The notes beneath the pieces are model-generated. The model saw only the letters and a list, made by a program, of their open reading frames with translations, was not told the DNA's origin and did no database searches. DNA of 64,000 bases from an uncultured Methylococcaceae bacterium (GTDB lineage Bacteria > Pseudomonadota > Gammaproteobacteria > Methylococcales > Methylomonadaceae): the NCBI GenBank assembly GCA_964515235.1, contig CAZEVO010000008.1, positions 1,542 to 65,541 on the forward strand. Reading direction: 5' to 3'. Below, one piece after another: positions 30,938-41,324 of this stretch (position 1 is its first letter; each line of letters starts with the position of its first letter). Both the position numbers and the translations under genes were made by a program.

Positions 30938-31504
30938 ATGCCCTTATACAATGTCTCACCCGGCAAGAACACACCCTATGACATCAATGTTATTATCGAA
31001 ATCCCTGCTCAAGCAAACCCAGTTAAATACGAAGTCGACAAGGAATCTGCCGCTTTATTTGTCGATCGTTTCATGGGTACCGCAATGCAATATCCCAGCA
31101 ACTACGGCTATATTCCACAAACACTATCTAGCGATGGTGACCCGGTTGATGTTCTTGTGATCACCCCTGTACCCCTGTTACCGCGCTGCATTATTCGCTG
31201 CCGCCCCATCGGACTACTTGACATGACGGATGAAGCCGGCCCTGACCCAAAAATCCTCGCTGTACCCATCAAAAAACTAACTTCTTTTTATAACCATATC
31301 GACGAACACCACGACTTTCCTGACGCTTCTTTATCCACCATTGCTCATTTTTTTGAACACTATAAAGACTTAGAAGATAACAAATGGGTAAAGGTCAAAG
31401 GCTGGCTAAACAAAGAGAGCGCCTATGATGAAATCACCAAATCAATTCAACGCTTTCAATTAAACCAAACCAGTCGCCGCGAACTAGACCGAAGATCCTT
31501 TTAA
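30938..31504 (+). CDS. ppa: inorganic pyrophosphatase (family I)
   Basis: '[11 protein letters not shown]...DGDPVDVLV' active-site motifs. Confidence 0.95.
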   Translation: MPLYNVSPGKNTPYDINVIIEIPAQANPVKYEVDKESAALFVDRFMGTAMQYPSNYGYIPQTLSSDGDPVDVLVITPVPLLPRCIIRCRPIGLLDMTDEAGPDPKILAVPIKKLTSFYNHIDEHHDFPDASLSTIAHFFEHYKDLEDNKWVKVKGWLNKESAYDEITKSIQRFQLNQTSRRELDRRSF

Positions 31505-31508
31505 CCAG

Positions 31509-32150
31509 ATGCCCTATCTGTTTAATGAGGCTCGCATCCTTGTCTTCAGCAAAGCCCCTATTCCTGGGCAAGTAAAAACACGCCTATGCCCCCCGCTAAC
31601 CCATCAGGATGCGGCTCAAATACATCAACAACTCACAACCAACACCTTAAAAATGGCCTGCGAAGAAACTATTTGCCCAATCCAACTGTGGTGCAGCCCA
31701 TCGCCAACACACAAGTTCTTTACGCTGCTAAAAGAAAAATTTCCAATTACTTTAGAACAACAGGTGGGAAATAACTTAGGAGAAAAGATGCACCATGCCT
31801 TCTACTCATCCCTTAAATCAGCGCAATTTGTCATTCTCATTGGCTCAGACTCACCTTCCCTTTCTCCTGCAACTCTGAAAAATGCAATCAAGGCACTCAA
31901 AAACAATAACGATATTACACTTGCCCCTGCTATAGACGGAGGCTATGTTTTAATCGGACTGACCCGACCAGAACGGCGGTTATTCGAAAAAATCAACTGG
32001 GGAAAAGAAGACGTGCTAGAAACAACCTTACAACGCATTAAGACATTAAAACTGAACTACCACGAACTACCTCTGCAATGGGATGTCGATACCCCTGAAG
32101 ATCTTAACCGCCTTCAAGACTTAAATCGCCCTTCCCCTGAAACTTATTAA
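31509..32150 (+). CDS. DUF2064/TIGR04282-like putative nucleotidyl/glycosyl-transferase
   Basis: 213 aa. The N-terminal '[19 protein letters not shown]' resembles the conserved DUF2064 start (recall-based). Confidence 0.6.
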   Translation: MPYLFNEARILVFSKAPIPGQVKTRLCPPLTHQDAAQIHQQLTTNTLKMACEETICPIQLWCSPSPTHKFFTLLKEKFPITLEQQVGNNLGEKMHHAFYSSLKSAQFVILIGSDSPSLSPATLKNAIKALKNNNDITLAPAIDGGYVLIGLTRPERRLFEKINWGKEDVLETTLQRIKTLKLNYHELPLQWDVDTPEDLNRLQDLNRPSPETY

Positions 32151-32527
32151 GCTGCTTGAACTGGAATAGCATGCCCACAACGAACCACTTCATTGTCAGC
32201 ATTAAAATAAATTAGCTTAGGCTTAAACGATTCCAATTCTTGCGCATCAAGCACTGCATAAGCACAAATAATCACTAAATCACCCTTGCTCGCTAACCGT
32301 GCAGCAGCTCCGTTTACGGAAATAATACCAGAACCATCTTCGGCCCGAATGGCATAAGTCGTAAAACGCGCCCCATTATCAATGTTATAGATTTGAATCT
32401 GCTCATACTCGCGAATTCCGGCCAATTCGAGAAATTTGCCATCTATAGCACAAGACCCCTCGTAATCAAGCTCAGAATGAGTAACACTCGCCCGATGTAA
32501 TTTCGCTTTGAGCATAGTTGTTTGCAT
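32147..32527 (-). CDS. panD: aspartate 1-decarboxylase proenzyme
   Basis: Collinear with E. coli PanD from 'MLKAKLHRA'. The self-cleavage site 'YEGSCAID' is present. Start at ATG 32527. Confidence 0.95.
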   Translation of the reverse strand: MQTTMLKAKLHRASVTHSELDYEGSCAIDGKFLELAGIREYEQIQIYNIDNGARFTTYAIRAEDGSGIISVNGAAARLASKGDLVIICAYAVLDAQELESFKPKLIYFNADNEVVRCGHAIPVQAA

Positions 32528-32609
32528 AAGTAAGCTCTTAATATTTTTGGAACCCTGTATTATGCCTAAATTAAATAAGATAAACAACCAAAATACTTTC
32601 TACCCTCAC

Positions 32610-33467
32610 TCAGACTTCGCTGCGTGAAATCTGAATATTATCAATCAACCGCGTTTGACCTAGTATCACCGCTGCCAGAATCACCCAAGAGGCGTGATTA
32701 GAACGCGCTAAAACCAAATCATCAGCATTACAAATTGTAAAAAAATCAACCACAAAACCCGACGCCTCAAGCCTTTTGATCTGCTCTTTTTCTATAGCCC
32801 TCCAATCCCGCCGTCCATTTTTTATTTGCTCCTTCGCTAAACCTAAAGATTGATACAACATCGGTGCCTGCTTACGTTCCACAGTATCCAGATAAGAATT
32901 CCTTGAACTCAAAGCTAACCCATCATTCTCCCGAACAGTTGAAAAACCCTGCACCTGTACCGGAAAATTCAACTCCGAAATCATTTTACGAATAATCAAC
33001 AACTGCTGAAAATCTTTTTCTCCCAGAAACAACTGATCCGGTTGCACAACATTAAGCAACTTACAAACCACAGTCGCCACGCCCGAAAAGTGCCCGGGTC
33101 TAGATTGACCACAATGACGATCCGAAAGACCATCAACGACCACCGAGGTACTCGCTCCATGCGCATAAAGATCCGTAGTCGCCGGGATAAAGAGTGCATT
33201 GACCCCAAAAGCCTCAAGTTTTTGCCTATCCTCATCCAATGTGCGTGGGTAAGCAGTAAAATCTTCACTAGGACCAAACTGCAAAGGATTGACAAAAACA
33301 CTGACAACAATGTTATCGGTTCTTTTTCGCCCCTGCTCAACTAAATGCAAATGTCCTGCATGCAGATTTCCCATGGTAGGCACAAAACCTACTGTTTCTC
33401 CTTTCGCGCGACATGTTGCGACCCACTGACGAATAGAACTAATATCTTTACAGATCTTAAGCATCAT
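32610..33467 (-). CDS. panC: pantoate--beta-alanine ligase
   Basis: 'PTMGNLHAGH' HIGH-type motif; 285 aa. Confidence 0.95.
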   Translation of the reverse strand: MMLKICKDISSIRQWVATCRAKGETVGFVPTMGNLHAGHLHLVEQGRKRTDNIVVSVFVNPLQFGPSEDFTAYPRTLDEDRQKLEAFGVNALFIPATTDLYAHGASTSVVVDGLSDRHCGQSRPGHFSGVATVVCKLLNVVQPDQLFLGEKDFQQLLIIRKMISELNFPVQVQGFSTVRENDGLALSSRNSYLDTVERKQAPMLYQSLGLAKEQIKNGRRDWRAIEKEQIKRLEASGFVVDFFTICNADDLVLARSNHASWVILAAVILGQTRLIDNIQISRSEV

Positions 33468-34282
33468 TAAAAGCTATGTTCAGCCAATGGAAATCCTTTC
33501 TCTTTAACCGCCTTAACAAAGGCTCCAACAGCTCCTTGAATCGTGCCTGACTCCGCTAAATAATTCTTTGAAAATCGCGGCCTCCTACCTATGCTGATAT
33601 CTAAAATATCATACAAAACAAGTATTTGGCCATCACAATGACGTCCCGCGCCAATCCCAATGACAGGAATACTCAGAACCTGACTAATACGCTCTGTCAA
33701 CACGCTCGGAATACACTCCAAAACCAGTAGACTAATACCCGCACGCTCAAGCGCAATAGCATCCTCAATGATTTGATCTGCTGCTACAGTACTTTTCCCC
33801 TGAACAAAATAACGCCCTAGTTGATTAATCGACTGCGGCAACAAGCCCAAGTGCCCACAAACAGGAATACCCTCTGCCACTAAAGCAGTGACAATTTCCG
33901 TCTTTGCTCCTTCCAACTTAACCATCTTGGCACCGCTCTCACGCACAAGCCTTGCAGAATTATGCAAAGCCATATCCACAGTTGCGCAACTCATAAACGG
34001 CAAATCAGCAAGCACTAAGGCCCTCTTACTGGCCTTAACAACACACCGAGTATGATAAACCATGTCATCCATCGTCACTGCCAACGTATTGTTATGACCC
34101 TGAACAACCATCCCTAAGGAATCACCAACTAAAATAACATCGACACCACCCTCATCAAGAAGCCGCCCAAAACTAGCATCATAGGCTGTCAAACATGCAA
34201 TTTTCTCGCCTCGCAGCTTCATCTTATTCAAATCCAAAACGGACAATAGCCCTTCCTGAGCAATTACTGGATATAAGGTCAT
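33467..34282 (-). CDS. panB: 3-methyl-2-oxobutanoate hydroxymethyltransferase
   Basis: 'LVGDSLGMVVQG' and overall PanB collinearity; 271 aa. Confidence 0.95.
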   Translation of the reverse strand: MTLYPVIAQEGLLSVLDLNKMKLRGEKIACLTAYDASFGRLLDEGGVDVILVGDSLGMVVQGHNNTLAVTMDDMVYHTRCVVKASKRALVLADLPFMSCATVDMALHNSARLVRESGAKMVKLEGAKTEIVTALVAEGIPVCGHLGLLPQSINQLGRYFVQGKSTVAADQIIEDAIALERAGISLLVLECIPSVLTERISQVLSIPVIGIGAGRHCDGQILVLYDILDISIGRRPRFSKNYLAESGTIQGAVGAFVKAVKEKGFPLAEHSF

Positions 34283-34296
34283 AATGTTCTTTTACT

Positions 34297-34797
34297 TTAA
34301 TTAATCTTTATCAGCCCAGATAACGGACAATTCAAAACCAAGGAAGCTATGGAACCCAGCCCGGGTACCTGAATATCCTTATCAATCTCTGCTAAAGGAT
34401 ATAAAACAAAGGCACGTTTAGCGATCCCAGGGTGAGGCACAACCAAATCAGGGTCTTGAATGCATTGCTCACCAAATAACAATAAATCAAGATCCAAGGT
34501 CCTCGCAACCCAACGCTTACCCGTTCTCACTCGCCCTTGATTATTTTCTATATCTTGTAGGGCACGCAATAAAGCCATCGCTGGTAATGGAGTAACCACT
34601 TTCATGACCGCATTAATATAATCAGGTTGATCTTGTGGCCCCATAGGAGGACTACGGTAAAGCGAAGAAAAACCTAGCTCATCAACATGCTCAAGACCAT
34701 TAATCGCACGACGCGCCAGATCAATCTGTAAGACAGGCTCAGCCAAGTTACTGCCTAATCCGACAAAAGCAACGACCCTTTCTTTGCAAGAAATCAT
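34297..34797 (-). CDS. folK: 2-amino-4-hydroxy-6-hydroxymethyldihydropteridine diphosphokinase
   Basis: 'GLGSN' start and the 'RW..RTLDLDLL' HPPK motif. Confidence 0.92.
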   Translation of the reverse strand: MISCKERVVAFVGLGSNLAEPVLQIDLARRAINGLEHVDELGFSSLYRSPPMGPQDQPDYINAVMKVVTPLPAMALLRALQDIENNQGRVRTGKRWVARTLDLDLLLFGEQCIQDPDLVVPHPGIAKRAFVLYPLAEIDKDIQVPGLGSIASLVLNCPLSGLIKIN

Positions 34798-36131
34798 CCC
34801 GAAATCACAGCACGCTTACTCCGTACTGCCGTCTTTTTTCGCCGCCTGACTCTTCTTTTTGCGCCCGGAATCGAACGCACCATGTCCTTCCTGCGCTCAC
34901 TATCAGCCTCCTGAAAATCAGTCCACCATTCGGCTAACTGAGGATCTGCATTACCCGTCTGCGCTCTCAGTAACAAAAAATCATACGCAGCTCGAAAACG
35001 CGGATGCGCCAATACACGAAAAGCACGTGCTCCTACCCGCTGTTCAAAACGCGGCTGCAAACCCCAAACTTCTCGCATAGATAAACCGACTCTTTTGGGA
35101 AATGCCGTAAATTTTACCTGCCGAGCAATCGCCTCATTACCAGCTTCTTGTAAAGCCAAAATCTCATTCATTCCTTTCTGTACTTTTATCGCAACCAGAC
35201 CCTGTACGGTATCCCACAAAAAAGCTGCCAATAAAAAGTAAGGCGTCACTGGCTTCCCAATCGCTATCCTAGAATCTGTATTTTCTAACGCTTTCATTAA
35301 CAATGCACGAGGAAAGTCACCTTCAGCTTGTTGCAAACTAGTATCAGCATCAGGAAAAAGAACAGAAAATAACCGATAACGCTCTAACAACTCAAACACC
35401 GCAACTGCAGAACCCGATAAAAAAAGCTTAAGAACCTCGTCATAAAGGCGCGCTGATGGAACATCTTCCAGCAAACCCGTCATTTCAACAATATTTTTCG
35501 CACTCTCAGAATCTAACTGAAAACCCAACTTGGCAGAAAACCTAACTGCCCGCAACATTCTTACAGGATCCTCACGATAACGAACCTGTGCATCACCAAT
35601 TAACCGCAAAACTCCCTGTTGGTGGTCTTTAAAGCCATTAGTGTAATCAATGATTGAAAAATCACGAATATTATAATAAAGCGCATTAACGGTGAAATCG
35701 CGCCGCCAAACATCCTCTTCAATCGTGCCATATACATTGTCTCGTAACAACCGCCCATTCTCATGAATCCGGTCAACACCTCCATCACCACTGGAAGCAC
35801 CTCTAAAGGTTGCCACCTCAATAATTTCACGGCCGAAATGAACATGCGCCAACCTAAATCGCCGCCCAATTAATCTACAATTACGAAAAATCGCCTTAAT
35901 TTGTTCAGGGCTTGCATCTGTCACCACATCAAAATCTTTCGGCTCAAGCCCCAACAACAAATCCCTTACACACCCTCCGACCAAAAAAGATTGATAACCA
36001 TTACTCTTCAGTCGATAGAGAACCTTAAGCGCATTATCACTGATTTGCGCCCGCGAAACCGTATGCTCTGATCGTGGGTAAACGACAAAATCTGATTCAA
36101 CATCGGACTCAACATCTTGTTTCTTAGGCAA
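34794..36131 (-). CDS. pcnB: poly(A) polymerase I
   Basis: 'LVGGCVRDLLLG' nucleotidyltransferase motif, 'RFRLAHVHF' and a basic C-terminal tail. The pcnB-folK linkage matches E. coli. Confidence 0.92.
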   Translation of the reverse strand: MPKKQDVESDVESDFVVYPRSEHTVSRAQISDNALKVLYRLKSNGYQSFLVGGCVRDLLLGLEPKDFDVVTDASPEQIKAIFRNCRLIGRRFRLAHVHFGREIIEVATFRGASSGDGGVDRIHENGRLLRDNVYGTIEEDVWRRDFTVNALYYNIRDFSIIDYTNGFKDHQQGVLRLIGDAQVRYREDPVRMLRAVRFSAKLGFQLDSESAKNIVEMTGLLEDVPSARLYDEVLKLFLSGSAVAVFELLERYRLFSVLFPDADTSLQQAEGDFPRALLMKALENTDSRIAIGKPVTPYFLLAAFLWDTVQGLVAIKVQKGMNEILALQEAGNEAIARQVKFTAFPKRVGLSMREVWGLQPRFEQRVGARAFRVLAHPRFRAAYDFLLLRAQTGNADPQLAEWWTDFQEADSERRKDMVRSIPGAKRRVRRRKKTAVRSKRAVISG

Positions 36132-36326
36132 AGAAACAAGTTTTTTTATAAAATCAAAAATCGCTCTTTTCCTGTAAAAAAAATAAATTCATGGCAACAT
36201 TCTAACAGTTAGATAAAATTTCGTACAAATAACACGAAATTAAAACCAAATACCTTGACCTTTTGTTCATTTTATTATTAGCTAATAAGCGGATATACAT
36301 GACATTTAACTGAGGGGACTTTAACC

Positions 36327-36569
36327 ATGGCCGAAAAAACTTTACCAGATCTTAAAAGCATCACTGCTCTTTTAGGTACCGCACAGGATATTTTAATTAA
36401 CCGAGTACTCAAGCAAGTACTAGAAACTCCGTTAATTTCCAGCATCTTCGTCGTAGACTTTGCTATCTTAGTTTTCCTTCGCCCACCATTTTTATTTTCA
36501 TTGGTTATGCTAGGTACCCTTGTAGGAATAGCCATGTTTTTTGGTCAAAAACTAGCCCTGTTTAAATAA
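36327..36569 (+). CDS. hypothetical small membrane protein (80 aa, about 2 TM segments)
   Basis: GAGGGG lies 9 nt upstream of the ATG. The C-terminal half is hydrophobic. It lies 28 nt upstream of the RDD gene on the same strand. I recognise no family. Confidence 0.45.
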   Translation: MAEKTLPDLKSITALLGTAQDILINRVLKQVLETPLISSIFVVDFAILVFLRPPFLFSLVMLGTLVGIAMFFGQKLALFK

Positions 36570-36597
36570 ATATTTAACGCAATATTCGTAGAAAAAA

Positions 36598-37032
36598 ATG
36601 ACACCCCAGAAAATAGGAATAGCCAATCACCCCGGTTTTTGGCGACGTTTATTTGCAATCTTTTACGATACTTTCCTCCTCGCAGCCGTATTATTTTTGT
36701 CTACAGCAATTGCTTTACCCCTAAATGCTGGCGAAGCCTTTGCAGGTAGCCCCTTATATCTTGGGTATCTGATCAGCATCTGTTTTCTATTTTTTGGCTG
36801 GTTCTGGACGCATGGAGGACAAACACTGGGGCTACGAGCATGGAAAATCCAAATTTTGACGACAAATCAACAACCCCTAAGCTGGAAAAATGCCCTTTCT
36901 CGATTCATTTGGGCGACTCTCTCCTGGGGGTTATTCGGACTCGGCTTTATTTGGATTTTATTCGACAAGGAAAAACTGTCCCTACATGACCGATTTTCTG
37001 GAACACAGGCATTTATCACCTCCGATGATTAA
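36598..37032 (+). CDS. RDD-family membrane protein
   Basis: 'FWRRLFAIFYDTFLL' and C-terminal 'LHDRFSGT', which are the R..D....D hallmarks, plus 3 TM segments. Confidence 0.7.
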   Translation: MTPQKIGIANHPGFWRRLFAIFYDTFLLAAVLFLSTAIALPLNAGEAFAGSPLYLGYLISICFLFFGWFWTHGGQTLGLRAWKIQILTTNQQPLSWKNALSRFIWATLSWGLFGLGFIWILFDKEKLSLHDRFSGTQAFITSDD

Positions 37033-37043
37033 CTCGCATCATT

Positions 37044-38111
37044 TTATCGTAACGATGAAATAAATATACTCGCAATAGCCAAGATAGTTATGCTAGGTAG
37101 AACACCCATCAATAACGGATCAAACCCATAAACCAATCCCATATAACCGATCACTTTATTGAAAAGATGAAAGCCAACACCAAGCACGGTACCCACTAAA
37201 ATCCTCAAGCCAACACTAGTCACTCGATTTACCTTTACCACAAAAGGAACTGCAATCAAGATCATCACCATAATGACGACAGGGCTTGTCACTCGATTCC
37301 AAAACGCCAACTCCAGCGCGTCTGTTTTTTGTTCATTTTTCTTCAAAAAACGTATGTAATGAAATAAATTGACCGATGAAAGCGTCTCTGGTTTAACCAA
37401 AACAATATCTAAAAATCGTTTCGTAATTGAAAAAGGCCAGCGTTTTTCATCAATTTGACTCGAGAATGTCTTTTCAGGATGAACCTGAACTGCAGAAATT
37501 CCACGTGTCAGCCATTCATTCTCCTTAACAAAAGTTGCATCATGTATATATGAAAAAACTTTTAAATGACGCTGATCATCCAATTCATAGACCACTAAAT
37601 CGCCTAAATGACCTTCCCCCTTAAACTGACGAACATTAATGTAGTTTTTCCCATCGCGCAGCCAAAACCCATTTTCGCTTTTTGTCATAAGTGCTTTATT
37701 TTGAGCTTCTGCCCGCATTGTTTTTGCTAAAACTGAAGCCTCCGGAACAACAAACTCACTGACAATACTTGAAACCAAAACAACGACTAACCCAGCACAC
37801 ATCACAGCCTTAATAATGCCCAATAATGATAATGATGCCGAACGCATTGCGACCAGCTCATGATTATTAGCCATCGAACCCAATGCAACCAAACTTGCCA
37901 GCAATGCAGCTGATGGTGTTAATGCATAGAAAGCAGCAGGGGTTGTTAATGCTAAATAATAAACAATCTCTCCAAGACCATACTCTCCTCTTCCAATATC
38001 CCCCATTTCATCGGCAAAGGTAAATAAATTATAAAAAGTGAGTAAAATTAAAATAGCAATCAAATAAGCCTTTAAGACTTCTAAAGCAATATAACGTGTC
38101 AATACATTCAT
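37044..38111 (-). CDS. lptG: LPS export ABC transporter permease LptG
   Basis: YjgP/YjgQ permease topology (3 TM, a periplasmic beta-jellyroll, then 3 TM). It overlaps the upstream lptF by 4 nt. The locus is divergent from pepA, as in E. coli. Confidence 0.88.
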   Translation of the reverse strand: MNVLTRYIALEVLKAYLIAILILLTFYNLFTFADEMGDIGRGEYGLGEIVYYLALTTPAAFYALTPSAALLASLVALGSMANNHELVAMRSASLSLLGIIKAVMCAGLVVVLVSSIVSEFVVPEASVLAKTMRAEAQNKALMTKSENGFWLRDGKNYINVRQFKGEGHLGDLVVYELDDQRHLKVFSYIHDATFVKENEWLTRGISAVQVHPEKTFSSQIDEKRWPFSITKRFLDIVLVKPETLSSVNLFHYIRFLKKNEQKTDALELAFWNRVTSPVVIMVMILIAVPFVVKVNRVTSVGLRILVGTVLGVGFHLFNKVIGYMGLVYGFDPLLMGVLPSITILAIASIFISSLR

Positions 38112-39235
38112 TCGACAAACCTTTGTCTAAACACAACCTTTATCCATGGCAACCCAAAAAATCGAAATAATAACAATATCCAAACCAAAAACATCAAGAC
38201 ATAGACCCATGTCAAACTAAACCAAAGCGGTAAAACACCTTTTAACAACCAACCCTGACTAAATTTCTGTAAATTTGCGTAACTAAAATAAATCAAAAAT
38301 GCGACGAGCACATTACCATACACACCACCTCGCGGTGTTAATTGCGCTAAAGGAACTGCCAACAGCCCTAACATTAAAACCCCCAGAGGAATAGCAAGAC
38401 GCCGCTGTAATTCAGCACTATGCCGCGAAGAGGATTTACTCAACAAAACCTTTGTAGGTAACGCCTCAGCATGATAAACAGGTAATTTTTTTTCTTTTTC
38501 AATCAATAATCCATACTTATCAAAACGCTCTATTACAACATCTACCTGGCCGGGTTTACCACTCACTCTTTCTGCATTCTCTAAAACTATATAACGCCCG
38601 CCAGACAAATCCTCCAACTGACCGTATGCAGCATTAATGACTTCAATATTCTTCGTTCTGTGGTTGGTTGCAAACACATTTTGCATCCTATTATTATCGT
38701 CAATACCCTCTATAAAAAACATCAGATCACCACGCTGACGAAAACTCCCTGAAATCAATCCCCGTAATTCAAACTGCTGTTGATCTTGGTGCTTTATTTC
38801 AACTATATTCGATTCTGCCCAAGGAATTGAAAATAAAGACAAGCATAAAGCCATCACGCTAACTGGTATTAAAAATATAGCAATAGACTGATAAATACGC
38901 ATTAACCCAGCCCCTCCCGAGGCAATTGCATCTATTTCATGATCGCGGTACATCCGCCCTAAAACGACCAATACCGCAATAAAAATCGCTGCTGGTAGAA
39001 AGCTAATGCTAATTCCTAAAGCTTTATAACCAACAATTTTCATTACCGCACCACTAGAAATATGTCCTTCAATGGCTTGACCTAAAACTTTTACAAATTT
39101 TTTACTAACTAAAATAATGACAATAACAAATAAAACAGAGAAAGCTGTCTTTAACAGCTCCCATGAAATCATTTTGTCAAGCACCGTCACTAGCCGACGG
39201 CGCTTAGACTCAATTAATGAATTTTTTTTCTGCAT
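38108..39235 (-). CDS. lptF: LPS export ABC transporter permease LptF
   Basis: YjgP/YjgQ family. Homologs usually start at the equivalent of 'MISWELLKTAF', so ATG 39172 is an equally plausible start. Confidence 0.85.
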   Translation of the reverse strand: MQKKNSLIESKRRRLVTVLDKMISWELLKTAFSVLFVIVIILVSKKFVKVLGQAIEGHISSGAVMKIVGYKALGISISFLPAAIFIAVLVVLGRMYRDHEIDAIASGGAGLMRIYQSIAIFLIPVSVMALCLSLFSIPWAESNIVEIKHQDQQQFELRGLISGSFRQRGDLMFFIEGIDDNNRMQNVFATNHRTKNIEVINAAYGQLEDLSGGRYIVLENAERVSGKPGQVDVVIERFDKYGLLIEKEKKLPVYHAEALPTKVLLSKSSSRHSAELQRRLAIPLGVLMLGLLAVPLAQLTPRGGVYGNVLVAFLIYFSYANLQKFSQGWLLKGVLPLWFSLTWVYVLMFLVWILLLFRFFGLPWIKVVFRQRFVE

Positions 39236-39325
39236 CTCTCTCTTAAAAACTATGGTTATAAGGTATATTATACGCCCGTGCCCTTGGGCTACCTATAAAT
39301 GCCTATAAACAATTTTGGAAAACTT

Positions 39326-40825
39326 ATGGAATTTTCATTACTAACATCACCCTATGAATCCAATCAAAAAGATTGTCTTATTTTAGGTGTTTTCGAAAAT
39401 CAGCAACACAGCCAAGAAAGTTCCGACTTTAACCTGCAAACACAAGGGCTCATTGATAACATCATTCAACGCGACAACTTTGATGGAACCATTGGAAGTA
39501 CTTTAACAATAAATTTCATCCCCAACAATTTGTATCAACGCTGCATTCTCGTTGGCCTCGGAAAACAAGATCAACCACTATCCAGTAAAAATTACCGGAA
39601 ATTATTATCCAGCACTATTAAGGCACTAAAAAACACACCAGCAACTAATGCGACCTGCTGCCTAACAAACACTACTGTTGAGAATCAACATAATCACTGG
39701 AAAATACGTCAAGTAGTAGAGGTCTTTCAAGGGGCCTGCTATCAATTTAGCGACCTAAAAAGTAAACCAGATCCTGCGATAAAATTAACCCATCTCAACA
39801 TCGCCGTATCAGAGAATAACCGATTAGACTCAGAAATAGGAATTAAACAAGGTATTGCCCTCGCTAACGCTATAGAATTCACAAAGAACCTTGCAGATTT
39901 ACCAGGCAACCACTGTACTCCTAGCTACCTTGCTGACCAAGCTCTGCAATTAAGCCAGCAAAATAACCGTTTATCCACACATATTCTCGAAGAAGATGAA
40001 ATGGCTGAATTAGGCATGGGAGCACTCCTGTCTGTCAGCCGTGGCAGTCGGCAACCGGCCAAATTAATTACCATGGAATACCAAGGGGGAACGCCAGAAT
40101 CAAAACCTATTGTCCTTGTAGGGAAAGGACTAACCTTTGATGCCGGCGGCATATCCCTTAAGCCCAGTTCCGGTATGGATGAAATGAAATATGATATGTG
40201 TGGCGGCGCGAGTGTTTTAGGAGTCTTTCAAGCACTATCTGATCTCAACTTACCGATCAATGTCATTGGCCTAATCCCTACCTCTGAGAATATGCCCGAC
40301 GGTAATGCCAATAAACCCGGCGATATTGTGACCAGCATGTCTGGTTTGACCATCGAAATACTGAATACCGATGCAGAAGGCAGACTCATCTTATGCGATA
40401 CACTAACCTATGCACAACGGTATAACCCCGAAGTTGTTATCGACCTTGCCACACTAACAGGCGCCTGCATAACTGCTTTAGGTCGTCACCCAAGCGGTTT
40501 ACTGGGTAATGATGATGCTCTGTGTGAAGACCTGTTTTCGGCTGCAACCACTGCCTGCGACCCAGTTTGGCGTCTGCCACTTTGGGATGAATACCAAGAC
40601 CAATTAAAATCAAATTTTGCAGACATGGCCAATATTGGCGGTCCGGCAGGAGGCACCATTACTGCGGCTTGCTTTCTCTCACGCTTTACCAAAGATTTTC
40701 GCTGGGCACATTTAGATATTGCGGGCACTGCATGGAAATCCGGCGACCAAAAAGGCGCTACTGGCCGCCCAGTACCATTACTCACCCAGTACTTAATTGA
40801 TTTTGCCAAAAATGCCAGCAATTGA
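39326..40825 (+). CDS. pepA: leucyl aminopeptidase (M17)
   Basis: The start 'MEFSLLTSP' is collinear with E. coli 'MEFSVKSGSP'. The 'NTDAEGRL' metal-site motif is present. Confidence 0.95.
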   Translation: MEFSLLTSPYESNQKDCLILGVFENQQHSQESSDFNLQTQGLIDNIIQRDNFDGTIGSTLTINFIPNNLYQRCILVGLGKQDQPLSSKNYRKLLSSTIKALKNTPATNATCCLTNTTVENQHNHWKIRQVVEVFQGACYQFSDLKSKPDPAIKLTHLNIAVSENNRLDSEIGIKQGIALANAIEFTKNLADLPGNHCTPSYLADQALQLSQQNNRLSTHILEEDEMAELGMGALLSVSRGSRQPAKLITMEYQGGTPESKPIVLVGKGLTFDAGGISLKPSSGMDEMKYDMCGGASVLGVFQALSDLNLPINVIGLIPTSENMPDGNANKPGDIVTSMSGLTIEILNTDAEGRLILCDTLTYAQRYNPEVVIDLATLTGACITALGRHPSGLLGNDDALCEDLFSAATTACDPVWRLPLWDEYQDQLKSNFADMANIGGPAGGTITAACFLSRFTKDFRWAHLDIAGTAWKSGDQKGATGRPVPLLTQYLIDFAKNASN

Positions 40826-41240
40826 TTTCTATATATTATCGACTACAAGCGAACAAGATCGCTATCAGTTTGTTTGCAAACTAGCCGAAAAAATTTTCAG
40901 ACAAAAACAAAAGGCATTTTTTCTCACGCCTTCAATCGAAGACAGTGAGAATCTCGATGATTTACTATGGTCATTCAGACCCACCAGTTTTATCCCACAC
41001 CAAATCATCCAAAACAACACTCATTCATTATTTGATCAATTACTCATTAGCAATCAAGACATCCCTGATAACTGGTCCGGCATACTGGTTAATTTAACCC
41101 AGCAATTAACACCCAACATAGAGAAACTAACCCGCATTATTGAAATTATTAATAATAATGAAGTCTGCCTGACAAAAGGTCGACAACGATACCGCCACTA
41201 TAAAAAAATGAACTTAAGCCCTGATACACATAAAATTTAA
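40812..41240 (+). CDS. holC: DNA polymerase III chi subunit
   Basis: 'DFYIL......R..F.C.L.EK' chi N-terminus; 142 aa. The pepA-holC-valS synteny is conserved. Confidence 0.85.
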   Translation: MPAIDFYILSTTSEQDRYQFVCKLAEKIFRQKQKAFFLTPSIEDSENLDDLLWSFRPTSFIPHQIIQNNTHSLFDQLLISNQDIPDNWSGILVNLTQQLTPNIEKLTRIIEIINNNEVCLTKGRQRYRHYKKMNLSPDTHKI

Positions 41241-41324
41241 CCTTTTTAAATTGAACCAATTTAGCTTCCAGTTACAATCAGGTTAAAATAAAAAACTTAC
41301 TTCGCTAAAACTTAAACTGCTTCC

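Noticed and set aside
36278-36535. An 85-aa minus-strand ORF overlapping the 80-aa small membrane protein ORF.
   Set aside because: It is basic and low-complexity and has no SD. The + strand ORF has a GAGGGG SD and coherent TM segments, so only the + ORF is reported.
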